From: an uncultured Acidobacteriota bacterium
Lineage (GTDB): Bacteria; Acidobacteriota; Vicinamibacteria; Fen-336
Length of the DNA stretch: 64,000 nucleotides
Reading direction: 5' to 3'
Assembly (NCBI GenBank): GCA_963700695.1
Contig: CAVOYO010000004.1
Span: 71,959-135,958 of the forward strand
Under the pieces are notes generated by a model, which had not been told where the DNA came from, made no database searches, and was given only the letters and a program-made list of their open reading frames with translations. The position numbers and the translations under genes are program-made. Position 1 is the stretch's first letter. Each line of letters opens with the position of its first letter. Positions 53,818 through 63,886 of the stretch are shown here, in pieces.

Positions 53818-56800
53818 ATGGGACTGACCGAGAGATCACTCAAGAACCCCGCGGGTGTGGCCGTCGCCGTCGCTATCGTCCTGCTATTTGGACTCTTCAG
53901 CCTCTCGAAGCTGCCGGTTCAGCTCTTCCCCGACATCGAAGAGCCGAGGCTGTCGATCGTCACCTCCTGGCGCGCGGCGTCTCCCCTCGAGATCGAGAGC
54001 GAGATCGTGGAGCCGCTCGAGGAGGTTCTGCAGGGGCTCCCCGGACTCGAGGAGCTGGAGGTCTTTGCGAATCCGGGCGTCGCCTGGATCAACCTCCGGT
54101 TCAGCCTCGAGACCGACATGCAGCAGACGCTGGTCGACGTGATCAGCCGGCTGAATCGTCTCCCTCCCCTTCCCGCCGACGCCGATCCGCCGACCCTCCG
54201 CCTCGGCGAAGGCGGCGGGGGCGCCAATCGGGCGTTGAGCTGGTTCTTCATCCAGCTGCTCCCCGACAATCCCCGTCCGATCGAGAGCTACCAGCGCTTC
54301 GTCGAGGACGTGGTGAGAGCGCGCCTCGAGACGGTCCCGGGGGTTGCAGGCGTGGAGATCATGGCCGGCGCCCCCGAGGAGCTGCAGATCCGCTTCGACC
54401 CGTACGAAGCGGCCCAGCTCGGGATCGAGATCCCGGCGGTGGCGGCGGTGGCGGGGCGGGCCGAGGACGTTTCCGGAGGCTTCGTCGACGTGGGCCGGCG
54501 GCAGTACACGCTGCGCTTCGCCGGCCGCTACGGGCCAGAAGAGCTCTCCGAGCTGGTTCTGGACTGGCGCGAGGGGAGGCCGGTCCGACTGGGAGACATC
54601 GCCGAGATCGAGGTCCGCCGCGGCGACCGCCAAAACCTCGCCATCCAGAACGGCAACCCCGCGATGGCGCTGCGCGTCGATCGGGAGAACGGGGCCAACG
54701 TCCTGGAGACCCTCAACCGGGTCAAGGCGGCCGTGGCCGAGCTTCGCGACGGACCGCTGGCCGAGAACGGCCTGACGATCGCGCAGTCGTTCGACGCGTC
54801 GGTCTTCATCTACCGCGCGATCGGGCTGGTCACGAGCAACCTCGCGCTGGGCGTCCTGCTCGCGGTCGGGGTGCTGTGGTGGTTCCTGCGCCGCCTGCGC
54901 GCCACGCTCATCGTCGCCCTCGCCATCCCGATCTCCCTGCTCGGGACGTTCCTGGTGCTGAACCTCACCGGCCGGACACTGAACGTGATCTCGCTCGCGG
55001 GGCTCGCCTTCGCCGTCGGCATGGTGCTCGACGCCGCGATCGTGGTGCTCGAGAACGTCGTGCGCCTGCGCGAGGCCGGCCGCCCACTCGGAACGGCGGC
55101 CGCCGAGGGAACCACCCAGGTCTGGGGGGCGCTCCTTGCCTCTACCGCGACCACCGTCGCGATCTTCCTGCCGGTGATCTTCCTGAAGGACGTCGAGGGG
55201 CAGCTCTTCGCCGACCTCGCGCTGACGATCGCGATCGCGGTCAGCCTGTCGCTGTTCGTGGCGGTCACGATCCTGCCGACCGCGGCCACACGCTGGCTCG
55301 CGAGCGAGCGCACCGGCACCGACGCCCACGCCGCCCTCTGGGCGAGGATCGCGGACCGCATCACCGCGCTGACCGACCGACCGCGGCGGCGCGTCGCGCT
55401 GATCGCGGCTCTCATGGGCATCCCCGTGCTCGCCACCGCGGTGCTGCTCCCGAAGCTCGACTACCTGCCCCCCGTCAAGCGGGATGCCGTGGACGTCTTC
55501 TTCAGCTTCCCACCCGGAGCCAACCTCGAGACGATCGACCGCGAGGTGATCCAGGTGATGGTCGAGCGTCTGCAGCCCTACATGAAGGGTGAGCGTGAGC
55601 CGGCGCTCAAGAACTACTACGCGCTCGTGTGGGCCGGCGGGGGCACGATCGGCGTTCGCGCGAAGGACCAGAGCCGGGTGGACGAGCTGCTGCGCATCGT
55701 ACGGGAGGAGATCACCGCCGACCTCCCCGACACGCGAGCCTTCGCCTCCCAGGGGAACCTGTTCGGCGGGTTCGGCGGGGCCCGGAACATCGACATCCAC
55801 CTCCAGTCCGCCGACATGCCCGCGCTGATGGAGGTCGCCGAGATGGGTGTCGAGGCGGCCCGCGAGGCGATTCCCGGAGCCGAGGTGCAGCCGTTCCCCG
55901 CGACCGAGCTCGCCGAGCCGGAGCTGCTCCTCGAGCCCGACGACCGGCGGATCGTGGAGGCGGGGTGGAACCGCGCCACCATGGCCGGGGTGATCCGGGC
56001 CATCGGCGACGGCCAGTACGTGGGCGAGCACTTCGACGGCACTCGCCGCCTGAACATCATCCTGCGGGCCGAGGGCTGGCGCACACCGGAGGAGCTGGCC
56101 GCGGTCCCGGTGGTGACGCCCTCGGGCGAGGTGCTGCAGGTGGGCGAGCTGGTGCGGATCCGGCGCACCGTGGGCCCGAGCCAGCTGCGGCGGATCGACC
56201 GGCGGCGCACGGTGACGGTCGCGGTCACCCCGCCCGACGGCCTCTCGTTGGAGGAGGCGGTGGCGACGTTGCACGAGCACGTCGATCCCCAGCTGAGGGC
56301 GGCGCTGCCCCCGGACGGCACGATCCAGTATGGGGGGAGCGCCGACGCGCTTCGGAACGCGGTCAAGAACATGTCGGAGAACTTCCTGATCGCGCTGCTC
56401 GTCCTGTTCCTGCTGATGAGCGCGCTCTTCCGCTCGGTCGAGGACAGCCTGCTGGTGGTGCTCTCGATTCCCCTGGCGACGGTCGGGGGCGTCGTCGCGC
56501 TTCGGCTGCTGAACCTGCTGATGTTCCAGCCCCTGGACCTGCTGACGATGATCGGCTTCATCATCCTGCTCGGGCTGGTCGTCAACAACGCCATCCTCCT
56601 CGTGCACCAGACGCGTTCGGCCGAGCGCGAAGGAGCCACCCGCCGCGAGGCGGTGCGCCAGGCGCTTCGGATCAGGATGCGGCCCATCCTGATGAGCACG
56701 CTGACGAGTCTCTTCGGCATGCTGCCGCTAGTTCTGATGCCGGGCACGGGCAGCGCCATCTACCGTGGTTTGGCGACGGTGATCGTGGGCGGGATGAGCG

Positions 56801-56940
56801 TGAGCACGCTCTTCACTCTATTGCTCCTGCCGAGTCTCCTGCGGATCGAGGGTGTGTCGCTCCGCGTCCTGCTCTCGCTCTTCACCGGAGCTCCGGCAGA
56901 GCACGCGCCGCAGGCCTTGAAAGTGGAGTCGAAACCATGA
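53818..56940 (+). CDS. RND efflux transporter permease (AcrB/HAE family)
   Basis: About 1040 aa with a 12-TM RND layout. N-terminus: MGLTERSLKNPAGVAVAVAIVLLFGLFSLSKLPVQLFPDIEEP. GAGG lies 5 nt before ATG 53818; an alternative GTG is at 53812. Confidence 0.92.
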   Translation: MGLTERSLKNPAGVAVAVAIVLLFGLFSLSKLPVQLFPDIEEPRLSIVTSWRAASPLEIESEIVEPLEEVLQGLPGLEELEVFANPGVAWINLRFSLETDMQQTLVDVISRLNRLPPLPADADPPTLRLGEGGGGANRALSWFFIQLLPDNPRPIESYQRFVEDVVRARLETVPGVAGVEIMAGAPEELQIRFDPYEAAQLGIEIPAVAAVAGRAEDVSGGFVDVGRRQYTLRFAGRYGPEELSELVLDWREGRPVRLGDIAEIEVRRGDRQNLAIQNGNPAMALRVDRENGANVLETLNRVKAAVAELRDGPLAENGLTIAQSFDASVFIYRAIGLVTSNLALGVLLAVGVLWWFLRRLRATLIVALAIPISLLGTFLVLNLTGRTLNVISLAGLAFAVGMVLDAAIVVLENVVRLREAGRPLGTAAAEGTTQVWGALLASTATTVAIFLPVIFLKDVEGQLFADLALTIAIAVSLSLFVAVTILPTAATRWLASERTGTDAHAALWARIADRITALTDRPRRRVALIAALMGIPVLATAVLLPKLDYLPPVKRDAVDVFFSFPPGANLETIDREVIQVMVERLQPYMKGEREPALKNYYALVWAGGGTIGVRAKDQSRVDELLRIVREEITADLPDTRAFASQGNLFGGFGGARNIDIHLQSADMPALMEVAEMGVEAAREAIPGAEVQPFPATELAEPELLLEPDDRRIVEAGWNRATMAGVIRAIGDGQYVGEHFDGTRRLNIILRAEGWRTPEELAAVPVVTPSGEVLQVGELVRIRRTVGPSQLRRIDRRRTVTVAVTPPDGLSLEEAVATLHEHVDPQLRAALPPDGTIQYGGSADALRNAVKNMSENFLIALLVLFLLMSALFRSVEDSLLVVLSIPLATVGGVVALRLLNLLMFQPLDLLTMIGFIILLGLVVNNAILLVHQTRSAEREGATRREAVRQALRIRMRPILMSTLTSLFGMLPLVLMPGTGSAIYRGLATVIVGGMSVSTLFTLLLLPSLLRIEGVSLRVLLSLFTGAPAEHAPQALKVESKP

Positions 56941-58028
56941 CGAAGAGCCGACGCTTCGCCGCCGTCGCCCTGTCCGCCGCCGCCGCGCTCGCCGCGCTGG
57001 CCGTGCTCCGCTCGGGGGACGCTCCCGCACGCGCGGACGCGCCGGCAACAAGCGGCCCGCCGCCGGCCCCGGTGAGGGTCGACGTGGCGCAGAACCTGGA
57101 GATGACCGCACTGCTGAGCGCTCCGGCCTCGGTGGTGAGCTTGAACGACGCGCGGGTGGGGGCCGAGGTGGCGGGCCAGCTGCTCCGGGTGGCCGAGGTG
57201 GGGGAGGTCGTGCGGCGGGGCGACGTGATCGCGAAGATCGACAGCCGTGCGCTGGGCCTGCGGCTCGAGGAGGGCGAGGCCGAGATCCGCCGACTCGAGG
57301 CGAATCGGGACTACCTGGCCCAGCAGGTCGACCGCCTCAGCAGACTCGTCGAGCAGGGGATCGTCGCCGCCGAGGACCTGGACGCGGCGCGCTCGCAGCG
57401 ACGGACCGCCGCCGAGGAGCTGGTGCAGTCCCGGGCGTCGCGCGACAACATCGCCTACCAGCTCGAGCGCACCCAGGTTCGGGCGCCGTTCTCCGGCCGG
57501 ATCGCCGAGCGGCTGCAGAGGGCGGGAGGGTATGCCGCCGTGGGCAGCGAGATCGTGCGTCTGGTCGACACCCGTCGCGTCGAGGTGAGGGCGCGGGCCC
57601 CGCTGGCGGTGGCGCCCTACCTGCGCGAGGGAATGGATGTGACCGTGAGCGACGCGACGCAACGGGTCGAGGGAAGGATCCGCACCGTGGTGCCGGTCGG
57701 GGACGAGCGGTCGCGGCAACTCGAGGTCCGCATCGAGCTGCCGGAGGCCGCGTGGATGATCGGCAGCGCCGTCCGAGTGGCCCTGCCCACGAGCTCCGTG
57801 CGCCAGGTGGTGGCGGTGCCGCGCGACGCGCTGGTCCTGCGGCGCGACAACACCTTCATCTTCAAGATCGACGCGGAGGGCGCGGCCCAGCGCGTCCAGG
57901 TGGAGACCGGCATCGGCCGCGGTGAGCTGATCGAGGTGCGGGGCGATGTCGCCGCCGGCGACCGGGTGGTCGTGCGCGGGGGCGAGCGTCTCCGCCCCGG
58001 CCAGCCGGTGCGCATCCTCGAGAGCTGA
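56937..58028 (+). CDS. RND efflux periplasmic adaptor (membrane fusion protein)
   Basis: The ATG overlaps the permease stop (ATGA). It has a signal/anchor MTKSRRFAAVALSAAAALAALAVL, a coiled-coil hairpin, RTQVRAPFSGRI, and C-terminal beta-barrel-like motifs. Confidence 0.86.
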   Translation: MTKSRRFAAVALSAAAALAALAVLRSGDAPARADAPATSGPPPAPVRVDVAQNLEMTALLSAPASVVSLNDARVGAEVAGQLLRVAEVGEVVRRGDVIAKIDSRALGLRLEEGEAEIRRLEANRDYLAQQVDRLSRLVEQGIVAAEDLDAARSQRRTAAEELVQSRASRDNIAYQLERTQVRAPFSGRIAERLQRAGGYAAVGSEIVRLVDTRRVEVRARAPLAVAPYLREGMDVTVSDATQRVEGRIRTVVPVGDERSRQLEVRIELPEAAWMIGSAVRVALPTSSVRQVVAVPRDALVLRRDNTFIFKIDAEGAAQRVQVETGIGRGELIEVRGDVAAGDRVVVRGGERLRPGQPVRILES

Positions 58029-58523
58029 CCGCGAGGATCGTCCTTCTCCGGCGTCTGCCCGGGGGCGCTACCGGGCCTCGAACCGCATCACGCCCTCGTC
58101 GTACTCGATGCGGAGCTCGGAGCCGCCACGGGTCGCTCACCCAGGCCCCCAGCGAACACGTGGCTCTCAGTGGACAGAGTCGTCCCATGTCATCGACACT
58201 CCGTGACCGCCTTTGGATTTCCTTTTTGGAACCCGCCGCGTGGCCTGGTCGTGACGGAGTGCGTCCATCGGGTTCTGGGCGGTCGCCCCTCGCACCGGCG
58301 AGAGTGCGCAGAGCGTGGGTGCGCACGAGGCCCGGTCTTCAGGCCCATACAAGGAATTGAACGTCCTCCACGGGCGACAGCCTGACCACCACGCTCGATT
58401 CCGAGCTCCGGGTCGCTTTCATTCTGCAGCACTTGGGGCGTTCTCGACCTGGCAACGACTGTGCATTCGGCCGCGTTGGAGTGTCGGCCCCACCAGACTG
58501 CCACGGCCCGGTGGGGGGTTGAG

Positions 58524-59248
58524 ATGAAGAAGGCGAGTCTGCAATGGAGGTCGGTCATGAGATCAGGCAATGTGCCGGGCGTGGTCGCGGTCGCCGTCGC
58601 CGCCGCGGTGGCTTTGCTTGCAGGCTGCGACAGCAGCGACTGCATCACGTGTTCGAGCGGCGCCGTCAGGTCGGGCCGGCTCGCCACGGAGACCAGATCT
58701 GTACAAGGATTCAGCGCGGTGAGCATCCACGGTGCCGGTGCGTTGACCGTGCAGCACACCGGGTACGAGTCGCTCGAGATCACCGCGGAGGACAACGTCC
58801 TGCCCCTCCTCGAGTCGGAGGTCAGGGGGGACGCCTGGTTCTCGGTCCGGTCCCCGGCTCGAGCATCTCGGCAACCCTCCCGATCGAGTACCGCCTCACC
58901 GTCCGGACGCTCGACGACATCGAGGTGTCGGGCGCCTCGGCGGTCGTCGTTCCTGATCTGGACAACGAGCACATGCGCGTCGTGATCAGCGGTGCCTCGG
59001 CGGTGACGCTGGCCGGACGCGCCGACGCTCAGCAGGTCGCAGTGTCCGGGGCCAGCAGCTACGCCGCGCCGGACCTGAGGAGCCGGATCGCGGCCGTCGA
59101 CGTCTCAGGCGCGAGCGTAGCGGTGGTGCGGGCGAGCGATTCGCTCGAGGGGAGCGTCAGCGGAAGCTCCGTCCTCGAGTACCTGGGCGAGCCGGTGGTG
59201 TCGCTGACGGTGACCGGAAGCTCCATCCTCCGCCACCTGGGAAGGTAG
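58524..59248 (+). pseudogene. DUF2807-like (GIN-domain) lipoprotein interrupted at a G6 run (58825-58830)
   Basis: Lipobox: VALLAGC. ORF 58461..58985 reads ...LESEVRGD and then nonsense, and ORF 58544..59248 continues. One extra G restores ESEVRGGRLVLGPVPGSSISATLPIEYRLTV. The repeated V.GASAV/VSGAS pattern is typical of DUF2807. Confidence 0.6.
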
Positions 59249-59509
59249 AAGAGCCTATCGCACCGCACCAGGGACGACTCGGAAGCCGGTTGGTGGTACG
59301 CAACGGACGTCGTGTGAACGTCGCAGACCACGCGGCGAGGCCGAGGCGGCGGGGTATCGGAGCGCGCTCCGTCCAACTCGCAGAAGACCGCACTCCGATA
59401 TCCCGAGGGGCCCCGACGAGGAGCCTGCTCTACTTCGAAGCACGCGGGCCCGCGGTCGGGGTGGCCGCAGAAGCCCCCGAGGCTTCCGCGTGGTCGCGGT
59501 GACACGACA

Positions 59510-60970
59510 CTAAGAACGCGGGGCGTCGGCCAGCTCGCCGGCGGCTCGGCCCAGCGCGAAGCCGAAGTGGTCGCGGGCGTTGAAGAAGGACACGTTGGCG
59601 ACCAGGCGTCCCAGGGCTTCGCGATCATCCGGAACGTGCCCGCGGCGCACCTCCTCGCCGAGGATCCGACACAGCAGCCGCCGGAAGTAGTCGTGGCGCG
59701 AGTACGACACGAAGCTCCGCGAGTCGGTCACCATCCCGACGAAGCGGGAGAGGAGGCCCATGTTGGCCAGCGTCCGCATCTGGGCCTCCATGCCGTCGAG
59801 CTGGTCGAGGAACCACCAGGCCGATCCCCACTGCATCTTCCCGGGGACGCTGCCGTCCTGGAAGTTGCCGACCATGGTCGCGAAGAGCGCGTTGTCGGTG
59901 GGGTTCAGGTTGTAGAGGATCGTCTTGGCGAGCTGGTCGGTCTCGTCGAGGCGGTCGAGGAAGCGGGCGAGCGGCCGCGCCTGCTCGAGGTCCCCCATCG
60001 AGTCGAAGCCGGTGTCGGGGCCGAGGAGGCGATGCATGCGGGTGCGGTTGTTCCGCATCGCCCCCAGGTGGAACTGCTGGACCCAGCCGCGCGCGTGGTC
60101 CAGAAGAGCCAGGCGGTGGAGCAGGGTCGCACGGAAGGTCGCGGTCTGGGCTGGCTCGAGGATGCGCCCGGAGCGCAGGCGGTCGAAGATGCCGCTGGCC
60201 TCAGTGTCGCTGACCGCCCCGGCGGGGAAGACTTCGAAGCCGTGGTCCGAGGCGCGGCAGCCCATCTCGTGGAACGCGGTGTGGCGGGCCTCGAGCGCCT
60301 GGAGGAAGGTCTCCCAGCTTCCCACGGGCACCAGCGACACCCGCTCCAGCTCCTTCACCCACGCGTTCCACGACACGACGTCGTCGACGGCCACGGCCTT
60401 GTCCGGACGCCAGGTCGGGTACACGCGGGTCTCCGGGTTCTCACGCGCGGCGAGGGCCGCGTGGGGCTCGAGCGAGTCCGTCGGGTCGTCGGTCGAGCAG
60501 ACGACCGCCACCCGGAACTGACGCAGGAAGCCCATGGCCGTGAAGTCGGCTTCACCGAGCCGCTCGTTGCAGCGGTCGAAGATCGTTCGAGCGGTGGCGG
60601 GGGAGAGAGGATCGTCGATCCCGAAGGGCCGGTGCAGCTCCATGGCCGTCCAGTGGTGGAGGGGGTTGCCGAGCGTCTCCGGGACCGTGCGGGACCACGC
60701 CTCGAACTTCTCCCAGTCCGAGGCGTCGCCGGAGCAGAAGCGTTCGGGGACCCCGTTCGCGCGCATGGCGCGCCACTTGTAGTGGTCGCCGTCCAGCCAG
60801 ATCTCGGTGATCGAGCGGAAGCGGTGATCCGTGGCCATGGCCTCCGGGGAGAGGTGGCAGTGATAGTCGATGATCGGGAGGTCCTTCGCGACCCGGTGGT
60901 AGAGGTCCCGGGCCGTCTCGGAATCCAGCAGGAAGTCGTCGTGAATGAAAGGGGACATGACCGACCTCAC
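59510..60970 (-). CDS. uxaC: glucuronate (uronate) isomerase
   Basis: MSPFIHDDFLLDSETARDLYHRVAKDLPIIDYHCHLSPE...WLDGDHYKWRAMRANGV is UxaC-like. The start is either GTG 60970 (GTGA overlap with the upstream gene) or ATG 60958. Confidence 0.92.
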   Translation of the reverse strand: MRSVMSPFIHDDFLLDSETARDLYHRVAKDLPIIDYHCHLSPEAMATDHRFRSITEIWLDGDHYKWRAMRANGVPERFCSGDASDWEKFEAWSRTVPETLGNPLHHWTAMELHRPFGIDDPLSPATARTIFDRCNERLGEADFTAMGFLRQFRVAVVCSTDDPTDSLEPHAALAARENPETRVYPTWRPDKAVAVDDVVSWNAWVKELERVSLVPVGSWETFLQALEARHTAFHEMGCRASDHGFEVFPAGAVSDTEASGIFDRLRSGRILEPAQTATFRATLLHRLALLDHARGWVQQFHLGAMRNNRTRMHRLLGPDTGFDSMGDLEQARPLARFLDRLDETDQLAKTILYNLNPTDNALFATMVGNFQDGSVPGKMQWGSAWWFLDQLDGMEAQMRTLANMGLLSRFVGMVTDSRSFVSYSRHDYFRRLLCRILGEEVRRGHVPDDREALGRLVANVSFFNARDHFGFALGRAAGELADAPRS

Positions 60971-62289
60971 TTGATGAGACCCAGGACGTCACGGGGGAGC
61001 CACAGGCTGAGCCCGGGGAAGTACGACACCGCGAGCAGCGCCGCGATCATCGCGGCGAAGAAGGGCAGGAGTGGCCGGACGAGCTGGCCGATGGACAGCC
61101 TGGCCAACGAGCACCCGATGAAGAGCACCGTTCCGACGGGCGGTGTACACAACCCGATGCAGAGGTTGAAGACGATGATCACGCCGAACTGGTACTTCAT
61201 CTGCTCGGGGGTGATCCCGAAGGCGGGGGCCAGATGCATGACCACGGGCAGGAAGATGGGCGTGAAGATCAGAACTCCCGGCGTCATGTCCATGAACGTG
61301 CCCACCGCGAGCAGGATGAGATTGATGAGGAGCAGGATGACATACGGGTTCTCGCTGACCCCCCGGATGAACTGGTCGATGAGCTGGGGCACGTCGGCGT
61401 AGGCGAAGATCCAGGCCATGGCCATCGACGTGCCGATGAGCAGGAAGACCATGCCCGTGGTGGCCGCGGTCTCGAGGAGGACCTTCGGGATGTCGCGCCA
61501 GTCCATCTCCCGGTACGCGAGGGCGAGGACGAGGGCGTAGAAGACGGCGACCGCCGAGGCCTCGGTGGCGGTGAAGAGGCCGCTGACGATCCCGCCCATG
61601 ACCAGGACGAGCAGACCGATGGTGGGCAGCACGCGGAACGAAGCCCCGGCGAGTTCGGCGAGGGTGGGTCGTGCCTGACGGGCCCCAAGGCCCTGCCGCC
61701 CGGCGAGGGTCACCGCGACCGCGATCAGGGCGAGGCCCATGAGAATGCCCGGCAGATACCCGGCCACGAAGAGCGCCCCGATCGACACGCCCCCCGCCAC
61801 CATCGCGTAGACGATGAAGACGTTGCTGGGAGGGATGAGGAGGCCGGTGGTGGCCGCGGTCACGGTGAGCGCGGTGGCGTACTCGCGCGGGTAGCCCTCG
61901 CGCTCCATGGCCGGGATCATGAAGCTCCCGATCCCCGACGCGGCGGCCGCCGCCGAGCCCGAGACGGCGCCGAAGAGCATGTTCCCCATCACGTTGGTCA
62001 GCGCGACGCCCCCGGGCAGGAAGCCGACGCTCACCCGCGCGAAGTCCAGGAGACGTCGGGCGACGCCGCCGGTGGCCAGCAGCTTGCCGGCCAGCACGAA
62101 GAAGGGGATCGCGAGCAGCGGGAAGCTGGTGACGCTCATCCCCACCCGCTGGGCAATGGTCATCGCGGCGGGATCGGCGGGGAGGCTGCAGAGCATCGCC
62201 GCGAGCGAGCTCAGGCCGATGCAGAAGGCGACGGGCACCCGCAGGAAGAGCAGGAAGACGAAGACGCCGGCGAGGACGGCCAGCGTCAT
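60967..62289 (-). CDS. TRAP transporter large permease (DctM family)
   Basis: Internal ATG 62289 of ORF 60967..62796 overlaps the small-permease stop (ATGA). About 440 aa, polytopic. Motifs: LLAIPFFVLAG and GAVSGSAAAAASGIGS. Confidence 0.9.
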   Translation of the reverse strand: MTLAVLAGVFVFLLFLRVPVAFCIGLSSLAAMLCSLPADPAAMTIAQRVGMSVTSFPLLAIPFFVLAGKLLATGGVARRLLDFARVSVGFLPGGVALTNVMGNMLFGAVSGSAAAAASGIGSFMIPAMEREGYPREYATALTVTAATTGLLIPPSNVFIVYAMVAGGVSIGALFVAGYLPGILMGLALIAVAVTLAGRQGLGARQARPTLAELAGASFRVLPTIGLLVLVMGGIVSGLFTATEASAVAVFYALVLALAYREMDWRDIPKVLLETAATTGMVFLLIGTSMAMAWIFAYADVPQLIDQFIRGVSENPYVILLLINLILLAVGTFMDMTPGVLIFTPIFLPVVMHLAPAFGITPEQMKYQFGVIIVFNLCIGLCTPPVGTVLFIGCSLARLSIGQLVRPLLPFFAAMIAALLAVSYFPGLSLWLPRDVLGLIK

Positions 62290-62807
62290 GACCGCCCCTC
62301 CGCCGGTGCCCGGAGAGCACTGAGCAACGCCTCGAGGGCGAAGAGCGTGAGGAGGGCGCCCGCGACCGGCACCACCGAGTAGACGACGGCCATGGGCCAC
62401 CCGAGCGCGGCCGTTCTCTGGTCGAGCTCCTGGGTCATCTGGACGAGGCGGATGCCCCCGAAGACGAAGACGACCATCGCGAAGAGCGCGATGAGGGCGG
62501 CGCCCAGGACGTCGGCCCCGCGCCGCAGGCGCGGCCCGAGCTGGCGGTACACGAGGTCGAGGCCCGGGTGCGCGCCCTCCCGGAGCACCCAGGCCGCACC
62601 GAGCAGCGCCACCCAGGCGAGCTGGAAACCGGCGAGCTCCTCCGTCCAGCGGCTGGGCTGGATGAAGACGGGCCAGTCGAGGGCGAGGCAGAGGCGGGCG
62701 AGGAGGCGCGAAAAGACCTGCCAGGCCACGGTCAGGGCCATCACGCCGACGAGCACGACGAGGGCCCGACCGAGGGCTGCGTGGATGACGGTACACAGAC
62801 GCTTCAC
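62286..62807 (-). CDS. TRAP transporter small permease (DctQ family)
   Basis: 173 aa with four hydrophobic segments. It lies between the DctP-like and DctM-like genes with 4-nt overlaps. Confidence 0.8.
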   Translation of the reverse strand: MKRLCTVIHAALGRALVVLVGVMALTVAWQVFSRLLARLCLALDWPVFIQPSRWTEELAGFQLAWVALLGAAWVLREGAHPGLDLVYRQLGPRLRRGADVLGAALIALFAMVVFVFGGIRLVQMTQELDQRTAALGWPMAVVYSVVPVAGALLTLFALEALLSALRAPAEGRS

Positions 62808-63886
62808 GAGGTCTCCCGTTCGGGCTCGGGCCCGGCCCCCACCGCGGTCACGGCCCGGATTCGCCGCACGAGATCCCGGACCTCCGGCAACGCGAACTCG
62901 GCGTCCTCGTACATGGGCAGGGTGCGGGCCCGGAAGGCCTCGCGGTCCACGTCACGCACGATCTCGACGCCCGCGTCCTCGATGATCGCCAGCATCTCGC
63001 GCTCAGCCTCCGCCCACAGCTTTCGCTGATGGAGTGACGCCGCGTCGGCGGAGGCCTGGAGCCAGCCTCGCTCGTCGGGCGAGAGCCGCCTCCACGTGTC
63101 GACGCCGATGATCAGGATGTCCGGGACGATCGTGTGCTCGTTGAGGGTGTAGGCGGCGGTCACCTCGTACTGGCGGGTGGTGTAGAGCGAGGGAGGGTTG
63201 TTCTCGGCGCCGTCCACCGTCCCGGTGTCGAGGGCGGTGTAGAGCTCCCCGAAGGGGATCGGGACCGGCTTGGCTCCGAGCAGCTCGACGAGGCGCACTG
63301 CGGTGCGGCTGCGCTGGACACGGATCGACAGGCCGTCGAGGTCCTCCGGCGTCCGCACGACGCGGTTGCGCTTGCGGCTGATGTAGAAGCTCCTCGCTCC
63401 CGCGTCGAAATAGCACAGGCCCTTCAGCCGATAGGGGATCGAGGCGTCGAGCAGCTCGCGCCCGATCGGGCCGTTCGCCACCTGCCAGAAATGCTCGCGG
63501 TCGCGGAAGAGGTAGGGGAGCGAGAACACCTTGATGAGGGGGGAGAAGCTCTCGAGAGGGGCGGTCGAGACCTTGGTGATGGCGAGGCTGCCGATCTGCA
63601 GCAGCTCGATCAGATCGCGCTCGGGTCCGAGCTGCCCGTCGGCGTAGATCTCGACCCGCAGCCGCCCGCCGGACCGCCGCTCCACGTCGGCGGCCATGAA
63701 CTCCATGCCCTTGTGGACCGGATGCTCGCGATTGAGGCTGTGGCCGAGCCGCAGCACCCGCCCGCCTTGCTTGATCGAGGTGGCGCCGACCCAGAGGCCC
63801 CAGGCCACGAGGGAGAGCGGGGCCGCGTAGGCCAGGGCCACCGCCCCTCGCGCGATGCGGGATCTCAGCGTTGCCACGAGGTCCAT
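62804..63886 (-). CDS. TRAP transporter substrate-binding protein (DctP family)
   Basis: LRLGHSLNREHPVHKGMEFMAADVERRSGGRLRVEIYADGQLG...ELLQIGSLAI is typical of DctP-family proteins. It has an N-terminal anchor. Confidence 0.88.
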   Translation of the reverse strand: MDLVATLRSRIARGAVALAYAAPLSLVAWGLWVGATSIKQGGRVLRLGHSLNREHPVHKGMEFMAADVERRSGGRLRVEIYADGQLGPERDLIELLQIGSLAITKVSTAPLESFSPLIKVFSLPYLFRDREHFWQVANGPIGRELLDASIPYRLKGLCYFDAGARSFYISRKRNRVVRTPEDLDGLSIRVQRSRTAVRLVELLGAKPVPIPFGELYTALDTGTVDGAENNPPSLYTTRQYEVTAAYTLNEHTIVPDILIIGVDTWRRLSPDERGWLQASADAASLHQRKLWAEAEREMLAIIEDAGVEIVRDVDREAFRARTLPMYEDAEFALPEVRDLVRRIRAVTAVGAGPEPERETS

